Positions 21,801 to 36,013 of a stretch of 64,000 bases of DNA are shown here, piece after piece (within the stretch, counting starts at the first letter, position 1; each line of letters starts with the position of its first letter). Below the pieces are notes generated by a model. It made no database searches and had not been told where the DNA came from. It saw nothing but the letters and a program-made list of their open reading frames with translations. The stretch comes from Magallana gigas (taxonomy: Eukaryota). The position numbers and the translations under genes were made by a program. The stretch lies in the NCBI RefSeq assembly GCF_963853765.1, contig NC_088859.1, positions 28,768,001 to 28,832,000 on the forward strand, written 5' to 3'.

Positions 21801-24800
21801 CCACCACCACCCCCCCCCCCCTCCCCTCAAGTTTCAATCCCCCCTAATGCATTGTTTTAACAAATAAATAACAAATTTCATAAAACAGTCGTACAGAACA
21901 GAATACATATGTATTGTTTAACATACATCATCATGACTCTTTGTCTTTGACCTGTATTGCATTTCCATGTATGTACGGTAAGGATATTTATGACCTGTTA
22001 CATAATAAATAATTACTACATTCATATGCTCATTGCGTTTGAAAAACCGAGATAGAGGAGGAATGTAGTTTAACGATCTCATCTTGATGATCGTCATGAG
22101 CCATAATGGATGTCATTTGGCAAAATAGGTCAGGGATGGACAAGAAGACCTCATTAATACTGATAGCGATCGTTTCTAAACCATAATGTGAACGGATCAC
22201 AAACCTGCACATTTCGTGAGAAAATCTAAATAAAAGTGAAATGTTTAGTCTGTAATTTTTGAGATATTTTATTTTTAAGCGCTTACTCGTTATTCGTAGA
22301 CTAAAATGAATACTTTTTTTTCAAAATTAGTTGCATGCAGAAGCAATCCATTCATTCAGTCAATATATAAATTTATACCGAATGCATTAAGCTTAAATCA
22401 CAGCAAATATGTGAAACATATTTGCAATGTGAAAATCTGCTGAAGTGTTATTTTCATACCCTGAATGTTTCATTGGTAAATCCATATATGATTGGGTTTG
22501 CAAAGCTGTTGCTCATGGCTAACCAATGGGCGCCCAGAAAAAGGGCGAGTTTTTGTTGGTGTGGAACATCTTTAAAAACTTCGGTAAAGTCTCCCATGAG
22601 ATTGAACAAGTGGAGAGGCAACCAACAGATTCCAAACATCACAACGACAATGACTAACATTTTGACGACCTGAAATGAGAGGAAAGAAAATCGGTAACCA
22701 TGCAAACAACAGGAGCTATAGAGCATCAAGTACACTGCAAAACTGTTTGTTTGTAAACAAAACTTCAAAATTTCAACATGTATATAATGATTGCTGCAAC
22801 TAATGTCCGATCAATTCGGTTCGTAATTCTGTTATCCATTCATCTACTTGTTGTTTTATGTTGTTTATTTCGATATGTTTTAGCTTTGAATATCGTTCTT
22901 ATGTGTTCAAACAAAAATATTTCTTGATTTGTTTTGATGCAATAGGTTTATTTTTATGTTGCAGCAGAAAATGCTGACGTCACAATTCCCAAAGTTCGGT
23001 ACGAACAACTTAAATGTCTGATTGTTGAATTTAAGATGTAATTTGATGCAGAACATTTATTCAGGACAAAGTTTCTCTCTAAACTGCGTTAATGTTTCCA
23101 TTATTAACAGTGTATCGTAAAACGTGAAATGCAGTAGTAATTCAGGCTTTCAATTGATAAAGCCTTTGCCAACATCAACTGTTTTATCTTTTATCCAGAT
23201 AATTTCGAATGATGTTAAAAGAATCCAATTTACATTAAACCGTTTAATCTTTAATCAAAGAACAAACTTTAATTTTAGTGTTGAACGGATGTTAGCGCGT
23301 GTGTCATTAAATCTACAATCTTAGATATTTTCATTGCCGTTTCCTTTGCTAAGTGACACACGAAAATTTCTGATAGATATCATTAAGCAAGATTATAATG
23401 ATTATCGAAAACAATCGAATCTGTCTATAAAAAATGGCAAAAAACCTTGAACAAATTGCCTTATCTTTCCTCAGTACAGAAAAGCTCTTGGCCTTTGATA
23501 TTTGAGAATTGGAAAAAAAACCCAGCGACTAATGTTGATATCTTTTAGATTAACCATGCAATATATCTATAACATTGCGATTTTATTTGGGATTCTTTGC
23601 TATATCTAAATAACCTACTCGTGTTTCGGCAAATAGAATAAGCAGCTAACTGTTTGTTTCAGAACAGATTCTAAAAGTTTCCTAGGCTAGAATTTTCATT
23701 GCAAAAATATGACGAAACTTTGCAATCAAAGGTTGTATACACACTCTTTGTTTTAAAATACATGTTTCCCATTTTGATTAATAATTTAAGAATTTGCAAT
23801 AACTATAACCACATATCAAACCCATCATATTATATATACATGTGTATATTACATTTACATACAAAGCCATATATGTTTAAGTGAGAAGACATCATGTATA
23901 ACATGACCATCCTTGCTGAGACGCGCAAGTAAAGAAGTGACATTAAATCAATTAATCAAGGCCATTCGATATGATTTATGTATTCAATTTGATTAATAGT
24001 TTTCCGTTCTGTGGACATTTTCAGGAGCACAGACAGACTTCATCATTTGAAACCCTTCTAAATAATATCTTCTGGGATAGTGTAGCCGAGTCGTTCTATT
24101 TATTCTAAGTGTCAAGACAAAGAATTCTAGCGGCTTTTCCCCAGTGGCAATAGCGTGTCGGATTCAAAGACATGAATATGGTTAGAAATTAATTTACATT
24201 GCGGGACTGAATTATGTATTGGATGCGGTATCATGGAGACGATTAAGCGAAAAAAAAAAGGTTGGGGGGGGGGGGTTGTTGTTACACACAGATATTTTCA
24301 AAAGAGCTTTACGTTGTTAACAATTTATGTTATTCATATCACATTGTTACATCCTTAAAAAGATCTTGCTTTCAATTATTCTAGGCAAATCACATCTGAA
24401 ATTAAAAAAAATGTAAGCGTATACAAATTCTGGGCATACCGATTCACTTTATATATTCAGTAAGTGTATTAAAACAGTGAACGCATCATTCAGTGTTATG
24501 CCATGCCTCTCAATTTTCCCTATTTCCAGGTTAATACCAGAAGTTCTGTTCTGTCCATGTGTTTAATATATCTTGCGTGGCATGAAGACATTCTTTCAAT
24601 CTTTCATGCCCTCTTTGCATGCATGTTTTCTTCGAAATTCGGACACGCATACAGTATTTTAAATTTAGCAGGCATTAATTGCCCTATTTCACTTCGATAA
24701 GATAAAGTGTTTGATTATTTTATTTTTTTAAACCTTTAACTGGATTTCAAAGAAGTTGCTGTTTAGAAAACTATTTAATTAAAAAAGATTCCAAGAAAAA

Positions 24801-27800
24801 AACCCCAAATCTGATAATTTTAAAAATGTTCACATATTTGGTTGTTTATTCCTTCTCGATCTTAACTTTAAGAGGAACTATATATTTATATTATCGACTT
24901 AATAAATTCAGAATTATGTATAATGATAAATAAAAATCAGCTTTAGCAAACATATTTATTGAAGATCTCTGGTTCTTCCGGCATGATTAATTTATCATAT
25001 TAGAACAACTAGTGTTATCTGGAGTATTCTTATTCTCTATGCCAAACAAAATATAAACTTGTTAACAAAACTACTTTGCGACAAGAAAAGTACTTGCGCT
25101 GGAAATCTTTCCCCATTCGCAAACAAAATTAAAACGACGACTCCTGTTCCTTTGCAAGTACTTGCAAGTTGCGAATATTTGTAGTTGGAAACCAACAACA
25201 AATCCAGGAAACCACACTATAATACATAATTGAAAAATGAGGCCTTACATGTTATAATTAATAATCTACAAATATTTGTAGTCGAAAAGCACTTTGATAT
25301 CAGTCATATTCGCAAAATAACGCTATTGCTTATCAAATCTGGTCTACAACGTTAGATTAGGACACCATTCTAGTATCGATGGTCAAAGACTGCGAAGAAC
25401 GTAGCCGTTTAAATAGATCAAGAAGTTAACTCGATAAAATTTGATGGATGTGAAAATATAATATACATGGAAACGTGGATGGGTCTGGATCAGAACTATA
25501 TAGACAGTATGATAGACAGTATGCAACGACGCATCACTCAGTGTACAGAGCGACACAGGGGTCTCTGACTGATTATTAACATTATGCATTTTGAACTCAG
25601 TGGTTTTATATTCATTCATTTGTTTCAAAATGATGATATTGTTGCAAATTGAAAAATAAAACGACTTAAATTAAAATCCGGATTTTTTTGCACTTTACTA
25701 TTATTTAATAGTTCTGCTAAAGATTTTAAATTGGAAAATGGTAACCCTGAATTTCCATCCTCTATCATTAAGAGACACTCGTAGATTGCTCTCCATCTCT
25801 TTGTGTGAATGTTTTGATAACGTTGCAATCGAAGCTTAGATTCAGTTTATACACCATTTTAATGAGAGACCATTTTTCAACCAGATGACAAATCGAAAAG
25901 AATTCTGACAGTAACTCTCCGAGAACTTCTGACATTGAGAGAATAAAAAAATCATTGATTCTAACCAAACAATCAATTATGTTCTTTCTTTAGGGTTACT
26001 CGATGCATTCAAGAGAGCACTAAAATTCTCTTTGGCACGTCATAATTTGACTAATGACTTTAAAATAGACCAGAAAGAGTAGGGCTATCATATCATTCTG
26101 ACGTTGGTTTAATAGAGTGAAAGAAAAATAAGCACACAAGTTTGACTGATTGGAAAGCACCAGATCCAATGATACAGAGCAACTTCTTGGTTGGTACTTC
26201 AGAAATCTCCCAAATTATCACAGCTGCGTTATTTGTGGAATTGTGAAAAGCAATCACACAACAGGTGAGAAAATGGGTGAGAAAGCGTACCCACAATTTG
26301 ATAATTGGAAACTTAAGAAATTACGATGAGGGAGGGAAAAAAATGAATAAAATAACACACAAAAAAAGTAAATCGACAGGAAAGAATGCCATGAAGCTTC
26401 GTTAAAAGATAACAGTGGGAAAAAAAACCCAGGAATAGTTTCTGATTGTAAAAAAAATATATATTAATTGTAGCATTCTGTGTGTAATTAGGCGTCGTCA
26501 AGAACCATGTCTTGTTACAATCAATCTTACAATATTGGTGTGGAGAGCCTTAAGGTTATCATTGCAAATCCCTGAGGAACATTTGCTCTGATCTTATATT
26601 TAAGTGATGCTAAAGGATACATCAGCAACAGTACCCTATGCAGGGGAAATATCAATATATTTTAATAAAAACCTTTTATCAACCCGAGGCAGGAAATATC
26701 AGTGGGCTGATATTGATGTTTTGGGTTGATAAAGGTTTACCCTGTGTGATAGAGAAAAGGACACCCATTATACCGATAAAGCATATGTCGTCATCACACT
26801 CATTACATTTGCTTAAAAACAACTATATGATACCAAGTTTACCATTAAAGAAACCCACATTGATATCAAATTGACATTAGATATTATATACAATGTATGT
26901 TACTATGAAAAATATTAATAAAAAAATGGAGGGAACAAATTGGTTATTGATAGAATTAACAAAAATAGTTTAAGTCTTCTTCAACGTTTTCTCAGTACAT
27001 AAGTACCAGCTAATACTACGAATAAAATTGAATCAGTTTTCCAGTAAGTAAAGTTTTAATTTTCACTTTGATCAAAATATTAAAAAATATAGCACATACA
27101 TGTATATAAATCAAAAAAATTGTGTTCCAAATAAAAAAAAGAGTTCCGAAATGAGGTTTTCCACAATATATATATCGCCCATCAAATCCATATCTTTATC
27201 AGACGAGAAGCTGATCTGGATATTGTAAAGTAAGCTGTATCATGTAAAAAAAAACATGCATTGATTATGAAATGTATTCATCAATATCAACCAATAAAGT
27301 ATACGCATTTGGAGGTGACATTTTACATCACTTTACGCCCTACTCAAGCTTGCTTGCGCATAGCTCAAAATGACTCCACCATTTCCTGAAATATGTACGA
27401 AGGACCTTTGTCGTGACGGTATCTACTATGCCAAAGGATCTTATTTTAGAAAATTTCTTGGTTTAATGCAGGATGGGGGGGGGGGGGGGGGCTGGCCCCA
27501 CCCCCACCGTCACTTTTTCTAGCAGCAGATATTTTCCTTCAATTTACATATAAAATATTGATTTATTATTGGGTTACCCCCCCCCCCCCCCACTTTTATG
27601 GGAGCAGGTAACAAATGGAAGTGAAAACAAGAAAATCAACAATGAAATTGAAGCTAAATGAATGCTTCGTAGCCTCCGCCCAAAAGCTTTTGTGTTAAAA
27701 AAACTAACAACAACCCACAATAAAATGAAAACAAAACAAGTCCTTGTATATATCAACAACCAACCATTTGAATCAAATTGCTCGACTTTTTTGCAATTTT

Positions 27801-30800
27801 CTATTAAACCTCTAATGTGAAATTAATGTTGCCAAATGCAAATTAATTGGTAAGTTTCAATATTTAAAACCTTACCTGAAAACAGAAAAAGAAATTGATG
27901 GTGATTGATTTAAGAGAAGAAGAAAAAATGAGTTTGTTCTTGAATTTATAGCAATCTTTAAGAACTCAAATGAAAATAAGCAATAATTAAAAGAAGAATC
28001 GGGAAAAAAGCAATTTTGAAAAAGAAGAATCGGGAAAAATGTATTATCATAAAGCTTGTATACTAGTGCGAAGGACCGCGGGACACATTTTTTCGTGTTC
28101 TTCCTCGACGTACATCTTATATAAAGGCGATAAGCTTCATTCTCTGTCACTATATATTTCACACAGCAGAGAAACTATCAGAAACAGTCTTAATCTGACT
28201 GCAACACGGCAAAATTACAACGACACGTCTCTCTGTATCGCGATTCTATCACCAGTGAGCAATGGATACTTACACGTTTGGTGTTCTAGAGTTTTGGGAA
28301 CTGTCCAATTCCTGATAGAGGTTTTGGAAAGCAAGCGTACTATAATGATAAGCAGACTGTGACAAGACAATCAGTGTTATTGACATTCACTGCTGCTTGT
28401 GTATTACTTTAATTTCGCTGCAAATACTGGTTATTCCGGGGAAAATTATTATGTACTTATACATGCTCCTGAAGTAGATACATTTATAGGATTAATTATA
28501 CAGTATACTAGTCAGTTCACACCCGCACACTAATTACTGATAAGTTCAAGAGAATTATACTAATTCTCGATCGTTTAATTCGATGACATGTCAACATCCC
28601 AAAGAATTTTCTTCATACTTTAATTAAACAATTTGATTTAGCTTGCTCCCTTCACTGATTGATTGATCGTCAATTTACCAGCAAGATGCGTTTTGTTCAG
28701 ATTCATGAAGATACCTTTATTATGGTGGCATATTTCTGCCATCCACATAATTTTTGGTCAACATAGCATATCACGTAAAGTCAAGATAACTATCTCATCA
28801 AGTCGAGATTAATATTTTGTTTCTTAATCGAAACCGACTTTTTGTTGGGATAGCTATCTCGATAATTTATCTTCTATCTTGCCTAAAATTCACGGCATTT
28901 GCAAATACTGCCATTCACAAAACAAGATAAGTTATGAATAGATATTTGATTATAGAACTCATTACTAAGCACTCCTTTGATTTACATCAAGGATTATTAA
29001 TAAAAATTATAAGTTTTCTTAAAAATAAATAAATATGCCGATTTTCCCCTATTAATACACACTGTAGGTCATTTTATCATATTAATAAAGTTAAACTGTC
29101 TTTTAATACTTTAAACTACATGAAATTGAAATTGTTGTGGTAAGAATGATAAACTAAACATGTTTTTACTTTTGGTTCTACATTTGTATTTTGGGGATTT
29201 CTACTTTATCTTTGTATGTTTTGTTTTCATTACTTATTAAAACATAATAAATAGCTCTATGGATATTGTTTTTGAAAAGTATTATTTTAATCTCTCATCG
29301 CATGAGTTAATTTAATTAACATGTAATTCAATATCAACCTTGCGCTATCTGTCTTTTGTTTAAGGTGCCTAAAGCTCTATAAGTCAGCATATTTATATAT
29401 TCCTGTTAATTACAGATTAGGATATGGATTTGCAACTGAAGATCAACTAAAAGATAATTAACGGGACACTAATTCACGGGAAATTCGGTATACTTCATTT
29501 TGACTACGCACAAATGCCTTTCTATAAACTTACGGGAATATAGAGTAATGAGTTCCGAAATACGATTATACAATTGTTATACATGCATTGCCTCGTTTTG
29601 TGGATGGCAGCATTTGTAAATCCAAAGAATTTTAGTCAAGATACAAGATAGATTATCTCATCTTGTCGAGATAGTTATCCTAACAAAATATAATAGTATG
29701 GTGGCATATTTCTGCCATCCACATAATTTTTGGTCAACATAGCATATCACATAAAGTCAAGATAACTATCTCATCAGGTCGAGATTAATATTTTGTTTCT
29801 TAATCGAAACCGACTTTTTGTTGGGATAGCTATCTCGATAATTTATCTTCTATCTTGCCTAAAATTCACGGCATTTGCAAATACTGCCATTCATAAAACA
29901 AGATAAGTTATGAATAGATATTTGATTATAGAACTCATTACTAAGCACTCCTTTGATTTACATCAAGGATTATTAATAAAAATTATAAGTTTTCTTAAAA
30001 ATAAATAAATATGCCGATTTTCTCCTATTAATACACACTGTAGGTCATTTTGTCATATTAATAAAGTTAAACTGTCTTTAATACTTTAAACTACATGAAA
30101 TTGAAAGTGTTGTGGTAAGAATGATAAAATAAACATGTTTTTACTTTTGGTTCTACATTTGTATTTATTTATATTTCTACTTTATCTTTGTATGTTTTGT
30201 TTTCATTACTAATTAAAACATAATAAATAGCTTTATGGATATTGTTTTTGAAAAGTATTATTTTAATCTCTCATCGCATGAGTTAATTTAATTAACATGT
30301 AATTCAATATCAACCTTGCGCTATCTGTCTTTTGTTTAAGGTGCCTAAAGCTCTATAAGTCAGCATATTTATATATTCCTGTTAATTACAGATTAGGATA
30401 TGGATTTGCAACTGAAGATCAACTAAAAGATAATTAACGGGACACTAATTCACGGGCAATTCGGTATACTTCATTTTGACTACGCACAAATGCCTTTCTA
30501 TAAACTTACGGGAATATAGAGTAATGAGTTCCGAAATACGATTATACAATTGTTATACATGCATTGCCTCGTTTTGTGGATGGCAGCATTTGTAAATCCA
30601 AAGAATTTTAGTCAAGATACAAGATAGATTATCTCATCTTGTCGAGATAGTTATCCTAACAAAATATAATAGCTTATGTAGACTAGACAAAATAGAAGTC
30701 GGAGTTTGTTGAGAAACAAGAAAGTTTTCTTGACTTGACGAGATAGTTATCTCGACTTGACGTGATATGCTATGTTGACTAAAATTATGCGGATGGCAGA

Positions 30801-33800
30801 AATATGCTACCATATAATAGCTTATGTAGACTAGACAAAATAGAAGTCGGAGTTTGTTGAGAAACAAGAAAGTTATCTTGACTTGACGAGATAGTTATCT
30901 CGACTTGACGTGATATGCTATGTTGACTAAAATTATGCGGATGGCAGAAATATGCTACCATACTTTATATAGGATTAAGCACCATGCCCACTGATTAAGT
31001 ATCATAAGATACATACGATGGCAAAAGACTTTTTCCTGCCGAAAAAATGAAATTTTAGAAAAGATAAAAGACCTCTAAAATAACAAATGAAATGATGTTT
31101 ATAATAGAATATTGTATCAGAATCAATGTAAACTTGAATAGATCTTAAACCTTTTCGCACACTATGTAAGTTTAAATGTTTTGCTACCTTAACAGTAAAC
31201 TCCGCGTCTATCATATTTGCATCAACTGAATTAGTTGTGTTTCACATTAAAGTCGTTGAAATGGGCTATTAAGACAAAAACAAAAATTAATCGCACATCT
31301 ATATGCTCAAAGTAAAAGCCCAAATGCATTTGCAACATCGGTGGAGAAATGTCAAACACATTTTTTTCTGCTTGGAATTCATTAGAACACAAAGAATGTC
31401 CCTCAATCAAGCCTTATCAATCGACAAATATGTAAATTTGTACTTTCATTAATATTGGCCATCAAAGCATCGCAACATGGGCCGATTTAAAAAAAAATAT
31501 TTCTACGTTTCTAGAAATAAAAAAAGCCTTTGGCCAGAAAATATGAAATTAACAAAACATGTTATCTATTGATGTTGTTTTATAACTTTTGCAAAAACTA
31601 CAATTACTCTTTTAACTCGCTTGCAATTTTCTGCGGGAACAGAATTGAACTTTAACACCTTTGTTCTTTAATATCCGATATTGACTGCAAACCGAGTTTT
31701 TCTCTCTTTGATGGAACAAGGGGTGGAGATGTATTATAATATCAATTTTCTGGTCTAACTATTTGCGCAAACATTTGCTATGGAACTATTTTTTTTCAAC
31801 TTATGACAAATCATCACATAATTCTGATACTTGTATTAGTTTTATTTTTATCACAACTTGATCAGCGTTTGTCCATTCAATCTCTGCAACTTAGATTAAA
31901 GAGTGCTAATAAAGAAAAAACTGCCTTTATTTCATCAATTACTACAGTACTTGTCTACTTGTACTTGAAAAGGCTATTTGTAATAAAAACTTAATCAAAT
32001 GTTTCGCTTCAATCCACCTTGTTCTACTTATCATTTGAGTTTTCGCCATTGCTCATTCAGGTTTTTTTTCACTGTACTAGATTTTGGTTAAACAAGCCAA
32101 TAAAACGTTTCATCAAAAAACATCTTAACGATACACATTAAGTACATTTTAATTTATCAGATCTCAAGTATTGTCGGAAGTACTTAAGTAAACTATCTCG
32201 CACTTTGACAGAGCCTATTTTCCAAACATTTTTTTTCTTTCTTTAAAATTTTTCTGGCATATGTGTTTTTTAAGACAATTTCATTAAGGTTACTAAGTAT
32301 TCAATCTGCCACAAAATATATCTTTTTCTAGGAGATTTTTTTCTGGTATCGATATATTTAAGGTACAGTCAAGAGTAAGTAGATTTATATCTTTTTGGTC
32401 GTTTTATTTCATCATAAATATTCTGAGACTTTAATCGGTGTATCAATTTTATAAACTTGCATAATATAAATTAATGGATGTATATGAAGGATATCGACCT
32501 CACGGTTTAGTTTCTGTTGTTTTTACAATCGTTTATTTGTAACCAAAACATGAACACCTCCTTAAACTGCTAATTTCAAGATTCTTATTTCTTTCAATTG
32601 TCTTCTTCACAGCATTCTAAATATAATAGGATCTTTAAAAAATATAGGATTGCATTTCGTCAACGAAAATGAATTTTGACGTTCTTAGCGCAAAGAGATT
32701 ACTGACGCGTTATGTACTGTCGGTTTCGTCAGGAAAAAAAAACTGAACACACGTTCAGTAATAAATTGGTATATTAACGTGTCAAAACCAAAGACAACGC
32801 CTGAAATCGAAAGTGCACATAAAATTTTTGTTGAAAATGAGCGAATATTGCTCTTACTGTTGCAGTGAAATGTATGTAGGGCACCGTTTAGTAGGTTTAT
32901 TGGGGGAATATATGAACTTGTTCTGCTCACGTTTGTGTTTTGGATACAAAAAGAGAAATGCACATCGTTTTTAATATCCTAGTTCTTTCTTAATTAAAAC
33001 ATACCTCTATTCATTTCTTTCAGAGAAAACGATAACAAAATTGGCATTATGCCGATTTTTTCCTCTAATTTTTGTATGTACTTCTTGATTTTTTGTACTA
33101 AGAATATGCTTAAAACTGATGATTCAAGGAGATTGACTTATCAATGCAAAATATTCTAATATGAATTCTAAAATCGCTTAAGAAAGTATTTCTGTAATTG
33201 AGTTTTAAATTCATGTTGCACTTTTTGACCTTCTTCGGTAGACTTGCAGGTGATTTATCAAATTCTACATTGAATAAAAAAGAACCGTATAACATAAATT
33301 TCATAAGCTTCATATATAACAGGAATTCTCGGAAGCATAATGGGTTATTTTATTTCTATAAAAAATTGCCTAATGTGAGAGATTTATCAATTTAATCGTT
33401 GATGCAAGGTTTGAGCGTCAGTTTTCATTTGAAATTATCACCGTTTTTCGTTATAAACCTTTATAATGCTTAGAATCTCTCATGTAGAGATAAAAACGCA
33501 TTGTTCGGGTTAAAAATAAAGGGAAAAACCCTTTGTGAGTCAAAACTCCTGGAAAAAAGTTTATTGCAGTGGTAAAGAAGGGGGGGGGGGGGGGTGGAGG
33601 AAAATATCTTCATGGACATTCTACACATATACTAGTACACATCTTGTTCAAGGTCTGGCTGTAGATACAACATGCCTGCTGTCCTACTGTGATGTTGTGA
33701 GGTTCTACAACCTCCATCTCAGGACTTCAAACGAATTCGAGCGAGGCATGCCATTCTTTATTTTACTGAGATACATACTCACGCACGAAATGACCATAAT

Positions 33801-34814
33801 ATTAAGTGTCCGGGGAAATGAAATGATCACGGAAAATACATAAATAACGGACTGAAGTTGTGGTTTTTTTTTTATCCATGTACATGTATAGGTGAACCTA
33901 TGATCTTTAAAGAACAGTGCAATGTTGTTGGTGAACTTTGATACCTTTCGTGTTGGCCTATGCATTTTACATGTATATATGCTCTGATAGTGTGTGCTTA
34001 TTGCCGAGATAAATACCTTAATTTTCGATCGAAGTTGATGTCTATCTCTTTCATAATGTTTATTTCCCGGGGCCGTCCGCTTCCAAAGCATTATTCCAAC
34101 TACGGTGTATGTAAGTAGAAGAATAAGTAAAGGAAACATGTAGGTCAAAATCATCACAAAGACAGTGTACAGTGGACGTGAACTAGGGTGGGGCCATTCC
34201 TCGTTGCAAATGACTCTGCCCTTGTAGATGGACGACCGTCCGATAAAAAACTGCACAGCCGAAAGTGCAAACGCGCACAGCCAGACCAATGCAATTACGT
34301 ATTTTCCCCGTCGGTACGTAATTCTGGAATGCAACGGAAATGAGACCGCCATAAACCTATCAATTCCAATTGCGACATTAGTAAATACACTTCCACATAC
34401 GGAAAAAATTTGAAAAAATAACACAATTGGACACAAGGGGGCTGTAAACACCCAGTAGCCCATAATGCTGTCAGCAAAGGTGAAAGGCATACAAAAGGCT
34501 GCCATAATTAAGTCGGATGCTGCAAGGTTGATTAGGAAGAGTCTAAGGTCTGTTCTCGAACGTCGACCTTTCACAAAGACCAATACCACCAAAATATTGC
34601 CACCCAAGGACAGAAAAGTTGTTATGGCATACAGAAATATTAATCCTATTAAGGCATCTATGGATAACTTATCTTCATCATCCGAATGAATCGTTGAGGG
34701 AAACGAGTTGATTCCGGAATCGTTACACAATTTTGACATATTCAAAGTTCCATTTAAACAGGTAAAATAAAAAGAAATATTTGCTGTAAAGTTTTCACCA
34801 TTAGTCGATTCCAT
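18478..34814 (-). CDS. Class A GPCR, neuropeptide receptor-like (NPY/PrRP/RYamide-luqin/tachykinin/leucokinin superfamily), paralogue B, 444 aa
   Basis: Exons 34814-34017 (TM1-5), 22669-22460 (TM6-7), 18804-18478 (C-tail), all phase 0 and GT-AG. Motifs GGN, NLAASD, CP, IGIDRF, W4.50, ECL2 Cys, YMFP, CWLP, HWLAMSN, NPIIY. The subfamily cannot be resolved by eye. Confidence 0.93.
18917..19111. mobile_element. MITE of about 195 bp with TGTATACAG-type ends
   Basis: Left TGTATACAGGGAAATTTTCGCCCC pairs imperfectly with right GGGGCGAAAATAACATTGTATACAG. Lies about 110 bp from the exon 3 acceptor of GPCR B. Confidence 0.65.
20470..20916. mobile_element. 447-bp non-autonomous TIR element with TTAA TSD (Kolobok-like)
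   Basis: TTAA|AGGGACATGGTCACGATTTTGGTCAAA ... TCTGATCAAAATCGTGACCATGCCCCT|TTAA, 24 of 27 TIR positions matching. RR..YY termini with a TTAA target fit Kolobok as recalled. Confidence 0.85.
22460..22669 (-). CDS. GPCR paralogue B exon 2 (TM6-TM7), 210 nt
   Basis: TTTCAG|GTC ... AGG|GTATGA; VVKMLVIVVVMFGICWLPLH...NPIIYGFTNETFR. Confidence 0.92.
28721..30962. mobile_element. Outer copy of a 1118-bp IS3EU-like non-autonomous element, split by an inner copy
   Basis: Ends TATGGTGGCATATTTCTGCCATCC ... GGATGGCAGAAATATGCTACCATA. Perfect 6-bp TSD CTTTAT at 28715-28720 and 30963-30968. 976 bp plus 142 bp equals 1118 bp. Confidence 0.85.
29697..30814. mobile_element. Inner 1118-bp copy of the same IS3EU-like element
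   Basis: Same termini, flanked by a perfect 6-bp TSD TAATAG at 29691-29696 and 30815-30820. Confidence 0.88.
34017..34814 (-). CDS. GPCR paralogue B exon 1 (N-terminus to ICL3)
   Basis: ATG at 34814 (MESTNGEN), several N-x-S/T sequons, donor AAG|GTATTT. Confidence 0.92.
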
Positions 34815-36013
34815 ATTTCTCTGTAAGAATTGAATTTGCAGCAAGCTTAAATTCTTCTGGATATCACATTATGCGCTTAATTCATTCCTCCCCTAAATAC
34901 ATCTGTCTTGTCTCCGAGCGCTCTCTAAGGAATGAGACGTACAGTCTCCGTGATAAATAAAGAATTCTCGAAAAATACGTAATCCTTTAACTTCTGATTA
35001 ACAATTAATGGACCAAAATATACACAAATAGAAAAGAGACTGCAAAAAAAATTTAGTACTGTCATTGAAACCCCAAAGCTATAATCTCTGGTTAAGGCGC
35101 TCCATCGATCACGTGGGATGAAGCCGTCATAGTTTGGTTTTGGACCACCAGTTTCGCCCGACCTGTAGGAGAATGCTATCCTCACCAGCAGACATTCCTC
35201 CCCGCAGTTAAATGCGTGATATATCCATCAGAGAGTAAACGATACTAATTATTATCATTGTTCAGGTTGTAAGCCACTTCCAAGCTTCCGAGCGAGAGGT
35301 GCCTTGTCAATAATCAGCAACCAAGCGTACTCACTTTTTGATCAAAAAATGGCTATTTATCTTAAACACAACGAGACAAAGTATACATGGTTGTTTTGAC
35401 TTCCGATAGATTTATGTCCGTTTCTTGTTTATTTTAACATGTATAATGCTCAACAGTTTCTAAAGCCTCTTAGATGTTCTATTCACCTGCATAAATAATA
35501 ACGACAAAACTATTCAACTCCGGGGTGCCTGCCGCCGTTACGTGAAGTTCACATGCCGGAAATTAGAGGCGATATTTACATTAAATTTCCTACATATGTA
35601 ATATATGTACCATGGCCACTTGAAGGCGACTTTCTGATATGATTAATAGTTTTCAGTTTACACGGAAAACATGATAAGTATAAATTCTTCCAGGTTTTTC
35701 TTAACAATAATTAAATTGTTCCTCATATCATAAGTGTGAGGACATTTGGGTAAAAATTATATTGTAAGCAAATTGTAAGCAGATTTATTTCCCTCACCCT
35801 CTTTGCTTTTTGATATAAACAAACAATATTTTCCAACCATTTAATTCAGATTTATCTGGTTTCATTTTCTAATAGAACAAAAAATGAATCTTTTGCCGCA
35901 AATAAAAACCTTTATAAAAGATTCATATACATCTTGAAGAACATGTAAACAGATTTGCATTAATTCCAAGTGTTCATTTTATTATTTTGTACTTGACACT
36001 TCAAAGTTGCCCC

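Noticed and set aside
25600-26320. Cluster of short ORFs as a hAT transposase remnant
   Set aside because: Only vague resemblances (RWRAIYECL, FSNLKSLAELL) in inconsistent order, with no TIRs. Not supportable by eye.
28721-30962. Simple tandem duplication or haplotype mis-assembly
   Set aside because: Two distinct perfect 6-bp TSDs and equal 1118-bp lengths fit a nested insertion better, although long reads are still needed.
33705-34016. C-terminal extension of the 379-aa ORF as a single-exon 5-TM receptor
   Set aside because: This is read-through into the intron past a good AAG|GT donor at the same position as in paralogue A. TM6-7 are supplied by exon 2.
34228-34689. Plus-strand ORFs antisense to GPCR B exon 1, and 51613-51990 antisense to GPCR A exon 1
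   Set aside because: Shadow ORFs of real coding exons. Their mutual similarity only mirrors the paralogy.
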